Below, in pieces: positions 54,989 through 64,000 of a stretch of 64,000 bases of DNA. The first letter of the stretch is position 1. Every line of letters starts with the position of its first letter. Source of the stretch: Paraphysomonas bandaiensis (taxonomy: Eukaryota > Protista > Chrysophyceae). Under the pieces are notes generated by a model. That model saw only the letters and a program-made list of their open reading frames with translations. It did not search any database and was not told the DNA's origin. Made by a program: the position numbers and the translations under genes. The DNA lies in contig CBFFRP010000091.1 in NCBI GenBank assembly GCA_965644295.1, positions 62,001-126,000 on the forward strand. The letters are read 5' to 3'.

Positions 54989-55331
54989 TTTACTTGTTTA
55001 TTAAAGTAAAGGAAAGTAATGTCGTTAGACTAGATAGTTTATTATTTCATAGGAAATTATGCATTGTCATGTAAACACCTCAACTTTTTAATTTTATACT
55101 TTTTCCATGTTAGTCTCTAATCGAATTCCGTATCATGAATCGTCATGATACTTCAGTTTTCCCTGTATTTTGTACTTAGTTATATTTAACCATGGGCAAT
55201 AAGGAGGCTATATCGTCCCGCGCTCAAAATTTAGACAAGGGAAGATAGTCCTTCTCCCTAGGTTAAATTGTAGCTTATTGTCATGATGTTGAAAGAGTAA
55301 TATTAGATTGTATATAGCTAATAGCTATTAA

Positions 55332-55979
55332 CAGGGATAGGGAACAATGTAATGTATTGCAATACATTGTACTATATATTGTAAAATATATTGATTGGTG
55401 GGCTGATCAAATATTCCATCAATATTATGATTGTCATATACAGAAAGCTTCTTAACTGTAGGGTAAAATATAAGCCGATGTATATAAATCTCCGTTCAGA
55501 CAGTGATTATTGCAACAATACAGAGGATGACGAAGCTGAAGTTGGCTATATGCGGAAAAATTCTTCAATCAGCTTAAAAATTTAAGAAACGGAAAGTTGA
55601 AATATCTAAGTACAGGTGCACGAGTCATGTAGAATGTACTACCAATACATGTAAACGCCTGTTCAGCGCAGCAAAACTGATTATATCAGTGTTGCGCAAA
55701 CGTATGCATCCTACCACACTTAATATGCTGTTGCTTGCTGAAAGCTAACCGACAGTCGTGGCCGGATGCAAGCATATTTCAATTAATATTGGATGACTAT
55801 GGTGATGATGATGTCACCGATGATGGCTCAGAGGATGAGTATGAGGAAATTTTTAATTAGTAAAGAGTAGAGGGTTTAATGACCTTAGACCTTATAATGA
55901 CAAGTACTAAAAACTACGGATGTATTTACTTACTGATTAGTCATACTAATATATTGCAATATATTTTTCCCTATCCCTG
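55332..55979 (+). mobile_element. Internally deleted hAT DNA transposon
   Basis: TIRs CAGGGATAGGGAA. 8-bp TSD GCTATTAA/GCTATTAG (7/8). Contains a decayed transposase C-terminus at ~55605-55860 (TTNTCKRLFSAAKLI...RKRMHP...LKANR..W). Confidence 0.92.
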
Positions 55980-56464
55980 GCTATTAGTAGCTTGCTTGCT
56001 GTAATAAGAAATAGGTGTTTCCTGATTAGCATTAAGAAAACAAAAATGAGAATACGTATTGTTTCGAATGAATGGTATGTATACTGGCTGCGTATGCATT
56101 GGGAAATTTGCATGTGGGAAACTCAAACAATAAACCCCCAAATTTCTATATATAATAGCGACAACAATTGCACTCTTACCACAGAAGGATACTGAGGAAA
56201 TAGCAACTGTCAGGATACTTTTCAAGCCCTAATTCTATGCACTATGTCATAATTCTTGGTCATAACTTATTATAAAGTGCTTGTGAGGTAAATATGGAAC
56301 ACTACAACGATTCCATAATCATAGATTTTAGAATAGCACACAAAGGAATGAGCACTTTCCCTTACAAAAAATACCATGATTGTTAGTAACAACAGTACTG
56401 GATATCGTAATATATATAAATATGATACAGTCCACACTATTTGACACACATTCAGTGCGATATC

Positions 56465-56974
56465 CTAACGCACCAACACAACAGCTAGAGCAAACGAAAA
56501 TGCTATTATATAGCTGACAGGCCCAACTAATCTACTTCCTGAATTGCATCCACAACGCTCGACTGCAATCTTCACGTGCCACAGTACATCATCCCAGCAC
56601 CCTTCCAGCTCTTTAGCTGTTACATATGTGAAATACGATTGTGTGTCAATAGCAAGCACTTACGAGGGTCGAAAAAATAACCATCAGGAAGACACACGCC
56701 ATCGCATGCATAATACATTTTATCTATTTTATTCTGGCAGCCATCAGGGCAGACACCGTACGTGGGATCACAAGACATACACGAGTTGACTGTAGTTCCA
56801 TCCCCTCTATTCGCGATTTTCCTGGTAGCTGTTGAAACAAAATAAAAACGAAGCACGGAGACACGGACTACACTAAAACTACACACCTCGTACACACTCG
56901 TGGGTATTGGCTTTTTGTTGCGCTAGCGCTGATATAATCAGACATGAATATATCCACAGTCGTAGAGACGACAT
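56465..56974 (-). CDS. Small secreted, probably GPI-anchored, Cys-rich protein (3 exons)
   Basis: Spliced product MSSLRLWIYSCLIISALA-QQKANTHECVR|ATRK...FFDP|PKELEGCWDD...CGCNSGSRLVGPVSYIIAFSFALAVVLVR. 10 Cys in the mature part and a hydrophobic tail. Confidence 0.8.
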
Positions 56975-57440
56975 TATACGGGGCCCTCTTGATCAAACGC
57001 TAGCGGTAACGAGTATGTTTTTCTTTCAGTATCTCCTTTCGAAGTACTGCTGTTGGCACTCACTTATGTTGTCGGTATAGTGTATGGAAGCAGTCTAGTA
57101 TGCTGCTTCCGTTTATACATAGCGGTGTGTATGCTGGTACAGCACTCAACAGAACTACTCGACAGTCCCCTATACAAATTAACGTAACGCACTCTCCACT
57201 GTAGTCGGAATACCAGAATACACCCACAGAATACTACGAACTACTGTCCAGAATTAATTTTTGTCAACTTTTTTTTTGTAAAATTGTCCCTACATTGTCT
57301 TGTACCTGTAGGTGTACCTGCACACCACACTACGAGTAGGACAGTACGACAATGTGAAGTCCACTGACAGGCTGGTGTGTTAAGTTCTTGGCCCAACATC
57401 ATCTCACTGAACCGCTTCACATCACCACACAGTGAGCAAT

Positions 57441-60400
57441 ATGGAGGCTGATTGGGGTGTGAGTTGTTTCACAGGAGATGATGATTTCGATCAGCGGTAT
57501 GATGGGTCTGAGTATGCTCAAGATGACTATATCAGAGACCATATTATGGACGATCACGATGAGGCCTCTGAAACATACGATCATGACAGTGCACCTCCCG
57601 TTAAATCAATTAAGAAAGCACGATCACAGAAGCGGAAGTCACGCAAGAAACGCCTGACGAATGTTGAGTATTTCTATGACATTATACTGTCGTGGGCTGT
57701 GTCGGCTCTCTATGAGGACTCTCGTCACAAACTTCGCTTGCCTCCTCTAGTCCCTTTACGCAAAGACTACCAGACTGTGTCGCAATACTGTGATACCTTG
57801 TTGCAGCTCCCTATCGAGGAATCCAGAGCCAGTCTTGTACGTGGGATGCATTGTCCAGAGGCTTGTTTTTCATTGCAATATGTAAACAGTCCGAACGACT
57901 GCACACAGTCCACCCCATTGGTCGCCTTAGAATTCATACATCACGGTGGGAGCGAAGTGCTAAAGCCAGGATGGATTCTCTTCTTATACCCTCAAACTTC
58001 TGATGAAAGTAGTTACTATTCGAAAAACAAGAAACGAAAATATTCTTCATCCGAGACTCTGAAGCATCAGCTTGTACAGGATATGCAGTTACACAGCGGT
58101 GTACCTGCTACTCTTGCCCTTGGAAAATACTCTTTTTCATCTTGTGCGTATGGATCAGGTTCGGTACTACTTTGGGTTCATGCCGACAATTTGTCTCGTA
58201 TAGTTAACCTTGGAACCCATTTAAAAGCATATGCCGTTGAGAATTTGATATCCTACCAACGCATGGTGAGTGCATGTCTGGACAGACCTTGTCCACCATT
58301 CATGCCTGCTCTACTTGGACAAAAGCAAGCCACACGTATCAGATTCGATTATAGTAATGACAATGATGACTCTATTATCGAAGTCAGTCAAGAATCATCA
58401 TCTGAGTGTACTCTAAATTTGAATCAATCTGACGGAAAGAGTGACGATGACTCCGATGCAGAGCAACATTCGAATGAGGAGAGTGGATATTTAGACTTTA
58501 ACCACGAGCTTCCTGCATTGGATGCTAGTCAACAGAAGGCATTGGATCAGATCATGGATAGTGACCGGGGAGGAAATGGGTCACGACTTCACATAGTACA
58601 AGGTCCACCAGGTACAATGCGGAATTTTTTTCCTTTGTTTCTGCTCTATTGTGTGTGGTTTACACTTAACTATTTGGATGGCTTGTTCTGTGAAAATTAT
58701 GTGTACCATATGTCGATGATGAGTTAAGCTCTGTATCTGTTTGTGTAGGGTGTGGAAAAACTTTTTTTCTGGTACACTTACTCCACCGCCTAGTTTGTCA
58801 AGAATCCCCTCGATGTGTTCTTGTTTGTGCTCCTTCTAATAAGGCAGTGAGTGTTGTGATAGAAAAATATCGCGAATCTAGCCGACTAGGTAGATGGCGA
58901 GAAAGACCCGTGTTGATGGTAGGAGTACAGGACAAGATAGAGATGTGCTCAACGGCTAGACTTGGGGCAGTCGATATGGCGTGCAGTATTGTGGAGGGAG
59001 AGCGGGTAGTTGCCCCAGGCGATGCTGTAAAACAATTACGAGATCTATTTACACAATGCTCCTGTGGAGTGCATAAACACTCTGCATGTGACGACTGTGG
59101 CACATTTCGAAACACATACAGTGATACTACCCCACAACTTGTCTCTGGCCCCAGAGGGATCCTTCCCCCAGCCCTCATTGAGATAATATTGTCTGTTACG
59201 GAGCCAACAGCGGCTTCAGATACTCTTGTATACACCTATTCGCATAGAGTTGCGGTAGCGCTTACCGCCATTGGAGACGTGTTTGGCGAATCTGTTGCTC
59301 TCCTGGACAGGCTATATTCAACTTCAGCCGACACCGTATGTCATGTCTGCGTGCGCAGCATGGCAAAGCAAGTAATGAATGCGCTTGTTGACGAATACTA
59401 CGACGTAGTAAATGTATTACAGTCAGTAGTTCCCGAGTTCTTTAAGTCGTCAATTCGGTCATCGCATATAAGTGTGATAAATGCATTGCAGGGGTTATCC
59501 AAGACTACGTGTGAGATACTGCTGGACGGTGTGTGTGGTGATTATAATGATGCAACTGTAGCAACGGAGCTTCTTCTCTCCGCTTTAAAAATTATGAGCA
59601 ATGACATTAAAGACCCGACATTTGAAACGAGTTTTTTAAATGAACTATTAGCATCTGCCTGGGTGGTCTGCTGCACACTATCAAGTGCTGGGTCTGGCGT
59701 GATGAAAGTATGTCGTGACCGATTTGATGTTCTAATTGTTGATGAAGCTGGCCAGTGTCTTGAGAGTGAGCTACTTGTGGCATGCAATACCAACCCTCAG
59801 CGACTAGTTTTGATAGGTGACCCTAAGCAGCTTCCAGCTACAGTACTTTCTTTGGAGGCTCAAAAAATACATTTAGGACGATCTACCATGGAGCGTTTAA
59901 TGTACAGTTGTAGCACACCTTATGTGATGCTTAATACGCAGTATCGTATGCATGCAGATATATGTCAGTTCCCAAATAAACAATTCTACAACAAACAACT
60001 CCTCACTGCCAGTTCTGTTGACACTCGTCCTTGCATAATTGACCCGATAATACGAAGACTAAAGAGAAATAGTGCTCTATCTCGCATGGGAAATTACATG
60101 TTTGTGAATATATCATCCGGTGAAACTGGTGGGGGATACCGCGGGAAGAGCAAATGCAACATTGGAGAGGCGGATTTTATATCGAGGTGCGTATGGGTGT
60201 ATTGATGTAGCTTGTGTTGTCATTATTATATTTCAGGATGCTTGTGTATTGGCATCGAAATGGAATTGCAGTACATTCACAAGTTGGAATCATAACTTTT
60301 TATGCTGCACAAGTGGCTGCTATAAAAAAAAGTTTGAGTAAAGTGGGGTCTGAACTCGGTGCTGCTCACAAAGCTATTAAAGTTATGTCTATTGATGGCT

Positions 60401-60651
60401 TTCAGGGCTCTGAGGCGGACTTAATTATAGTATCATTTGTTAGAAGCAATTCAACTTCAACAGTAGGTTTTGTAAGTGACTTTCAAAGATTGAATGTTTC
60501 GCTTACACGTGCGAAGCATTCACTGGTTCTAGTTGGATGTGCGGAAACGCTGAAGTCATCAGACTCGTCTGATTTACGTCAGCTTGTACACGATGCTGTG
60601 ACCCGTAATAGAATAATTGATTTTGATAGTGCTTTGTCATACATGAAATAG
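57441..60651 (+). CDS. SEN1/UPF1 (DNA2/NAM7)-like SF1 helicase, multi-exon
   Basis: Motifs QGPPG|CGKT, CAPSNKAV, IVDEAGQ, IGDPKQLPATV, LNTQYRMH, IDGFQGSEAD, RLNVSLTRAK. Confidence 0.93.
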
Positions 60652-60897
60652 ACAAGTATGGTGTTAAGTGTTAATGATTTACAATTATTACATGAGTAAA
60701 TTGTATAAAAAGACAAGTGAGTGTCGATGTATGTGTAAGGTGTAAGCAATAGTTGAGACGTGGTACCCTTCGGGTATAAGGTATAAGAACAGAAACCTGC
60801 CCACAGAATAGTATTTATTGCTTTTTCGCCACCAAAAGAAAAAGAAAATATGTAATAAACATCGTTGTTTAAGTATGAGTACCTTTCAGTTAATAGA

Positions 60898-61454
60898 TGT
60901 TGAGGGATAGTAGTGAATGTTTTATTACTAACTATATATAGACGTTTAAGAGTCTAAACTAATTTAGCATTGCAATTCAACTAACTGGTTTTTAATTCTG
61001 ATATCCTACTCTTTAATGCTACGAAAGCTGCTTGTGTGTCATTTCAAGCACCAAGGTGCAGCAACTTTCGTTCTATCACTCAAAGCAAACAGGATGTTGA
61101 TATACCTGGCATCTGCTGACTTCAATACTTTTCAGTCCTAACGGTGAACAGCCCGGATGCTTAACTTTAGCATGCAGCCCAATACCCCGATTACCCTTCG
61201 GGTGGGCCCAGTCCCGGATGCCTCTTTATTCGTCAGGGCTCAAAGACGCCTACACAAGAGACACTAATTAGTGTCACTTGTACCACACAAGTATTTGGCT
61301 ATTATGAGTGGGCAGAAGGGCAGAACATTATTTGGCTATCTGCTGACTATACATTATTCGGCTCACGTCAGTTTCCTCGAGAAATGTTTACAGTACTCAT
61401 CCCCCAGAATCCAGAATACCCCAAAAATGGTGAGAGTCACACTTTGTTGAGGGA
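60898..61454. repeat. Repeat family X, copy E
   Basis: Same blocks. Bounded by a TGTTGAGGGA direct repeat at 60898-60907 and 61445-61454. Confidence 0.9.
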
Positions 61455-62143
61455 ACGAGAGACTATTAATTCCAATGCTAGTGTAATCAACAAAGTTTTG
61501 AGAGAAACTCCAATAAAATATTTTCTGAAGTCACACTGCAGTTTTTTCGTTTTATGCCCTTCAGAAATCATGTTTCAGTTTCCGTGTCCTATATTGTGTG
61601 TATCTATGTCATTTAACGACTGTTAAAATTCTTTAATAATATTCCCCGTAGAGCACATGGCAACTACGTAACAAGTTTCAAGGTTGTTGTACTCGTAAAC
61701 TTAACAATTTGTTCAACCTGACAACAACTATGTAGTAGTTTTTAGTATTTATTTACCATACTACAAGTTAACTCTTGACTCATAACTCTTTATATATTCC
61801 AATGACACCTCATTAGGGAATACATCCTTTCATTGCCGAATATAATATGGTACGGTAACTTTCAATTAATATAATAGTAAATATTTCAAGGAATTACTGT
61901 AGTAAAAGGTTGAGAATATGATTAAAATTAATCAAGTAGTGAATAGTTACATGTTCCCTTAAGTATATGATTCAGTATACATAACTACCTTCATTCATCC
62001 AGTTCAAGTATTTTGTATTTCATAGTCGTACTGTATATATAGCTATACAGTTAAAAAGTGAATATACATTACAAAGAAAAGAATAATAGAACTAAAAATC
62101 AACAAAGAACGTGTACTAGCTTATATTCAACATTACTTCAGTT

Positions 62144-62361
62144 CAGGGCTAGGTAACAATATATATATTACGATACTAATACTATTGTTAGATAGTTTTG
62201 GAACCTGCCCTACAACAATCAATCAAAATTAATTGAAGTATGCATGCATTCGGCCGCAACTGTCGATTAGATTTCATTTATTGTGAGATACTTTAAACAG
62301 CAACCATATTGGCAAGAATATTTGGTGGGTCCAGCAATCAATATATTGTTGCCTAGCCCTG
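62144..62361. mobile_element. hAT-family MITE (218 bp)
   Basis: TIRs CAGGGCTAGG(T/C)AACAATATAT. Subterminal similarity to 55332 and 51335. Flanks CTTCAGTT/GTTCTGTA match only 5/8. Confidence 0.82.
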
Positions 62362-62923
62362 GTTCTGTAACTGCTCTACGGTTACTTGATACTTACGCCA
62401 GTACTGCATTCACTGATATGAAATATATATAATGTATACGCACGACTTATATATAGGATATAGGATGTGTGTATGCTGTATACGTAGTTGTCCCAAAATT
62501 GTTGATACATGAATTTTGCAAGCACAGCAATATGTATATGTACCCAAGGACGAGGTGAAACCACTGCCCGTACATGTTTTATTTTCCTCTCTACTTTATT
62601 CTGTATATACGAAACGCATTGTCTTATAATAGCATATTAGAGTGTAAGAAATTATTATTCGATGCTTCCGTGTGCATGGAGTGCAGAGTCTTCCGCTTCT
62701 TTTCATAAACTTGTTATTATCAATGACATGGCTACCGACGAATTGAAGAAAATGCTTTCTGCAAACAGCACAAAGCTAACAGCGAGCGTCATTGTGACAG
62801 AACTACTCCTACCGCTTGCTGCTACCAGGGATTACACATAATTAGTATTACGAATCCATCGATATATTGACACATGCATGACATAGCATGCTTGATAACA
62901 CCCTTTCGATTTCAATGTTTCGG

Positions 62924-64000
62924 TTAATTTGAGACCAGCTGGTTCCATTTGGACATATCTAGCAGCTCGAGCCAAGGCGCAATGCGATAGCCCGCCGAGG
63001 TGTACCAGTCTGCAATGTCATCAAAATTCGCAGCCACTTGGCCATCTTTCTTCGAGGTGGTAGGGGAGGTTAGAACGGAATCACAAGCAAATAGGGCTGT
63101 CCCATCAGCGACCCGGATGAGCTCATCAGGAGAGAGTTCCTGGGCAGCACCACTGAGAGTAAGAAGTGCGCAGAGAAAGGAACGGAAAAAACGCCAGAGA
63201 CCGCGACGAGACAATAATCCGTCCGTGTCCTCGTCAATCAAGTCAAATGCAGTTGCTAATTTGGCGCTCTTAGACCTGATAAAATGTAAATTTAAGACAC
63301 ATAAAACTGCTGTGGATATATCAACATAGGAGCACCAATGAAACTGCAGAAAACCACAGCACAATCACAAATCTTACCCTGAACAAAGTACTGCGAGTCC
63401 AATAGCAACCTCTATCGCATCGACCACACCCTTTCCCGTTCTGTCGAAGGCATTGAAGAGTGAACCAAAAGCATCCCTGTTTTTGTCGGTTAATGGGGAA
63501 GACGGTACCCCACCACGACTGACTCTCGCTTCTACATCGGCATAATATTGCTTGCGTCGCTCAGGGTGGATCCGCTGGATGAGACGGTCAAAATCTTTCC
63601 TAGAAAGGAGACCGTCCTTTCCACAAGATGACACGATAGCATGCACAATACGCTCTGGCTCCAGTGCCCTCAATCGAGTTGACAGTGCACTCACCTCACG
63701 CACAGTGGCAGCAGAAATTGACACAACATGCTGGGCGTTGCGACGGTAAAGCATAAGCGTAAAGGTTGCGTCGTCTTCCTCATCTTCCTCGGGGCGCTCG
63801 GGGGAATGAATGATGTTAGAGTGCATGCGACGGTGCATTGGAAGCGAGGTTCTTTTGCGGTCATTAGCACTGGCTTCAGCGACATTCGAGGCACTCACAG
63901 CAGAGATCTTGACCCACTTAGACAAATCGATAAGCTCAATCCATGGGATTATTCTGAATCCTCCGTCATTATACCAGTCTCCAAAGGTCTGAAAATCAAT
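62924..64000 (-). CDS. EF-hand calcium-binding protein, C-terminal part (5' end outside the window)
   Basis: FNAFDRTGKGVVDAIE and AFDLIDEDTDGLLSRRGLWRFFRSFL joined across an intron. Ends IAPWLELLD... Confidence 0.8.

Overview
Gene-dense genomic DNA from a eukaryote with short (~45-65 nt) GT-AG introns. The gene-family mix suggests a stramenopile-type protist, which is inference and not proven. Host genes in order: yellow/MRJP-like protein, a large neurofibromin (NF1)-like RasGAP, a CSLREA/Pmp-repeat multi-pass membrane protein, two paralogous glycosyltransferase-like genes flanking a TrhO/TSTD2-like rhodanese, an RBR E3 ligase, an ABCC transporter, a sphingosine/DAG kinase-like protein, RhoGDI, PP2A catalytic subunit, a Dpy-30-like ORF, a small GPI-anchored Cys-rich protein, a SEN1/UPF1-like helicase and a 5'-partial EF-hand protein. 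Mobile DNA: one structurally intact Copia LTR retrotransposon (identical 320-bp LTRs, CACTG TSD, pol in the +1 frame relative to gag), a hAT family (MITEs, an internally deleted copy, a transposase relic), and an unclassified ~500-bp hairpin-rich non-coding repeat present five times plus a fragment. The most interesting points are that structured repeat family, a single in-frame TAA in the otherwise intact NF1 gene, a UUU_CGU +1 frameshift candidate in the Copia element, and a GTATACCGGTATAC palindrome upstream of three genes. All calls were made by eye and no database searches were run.
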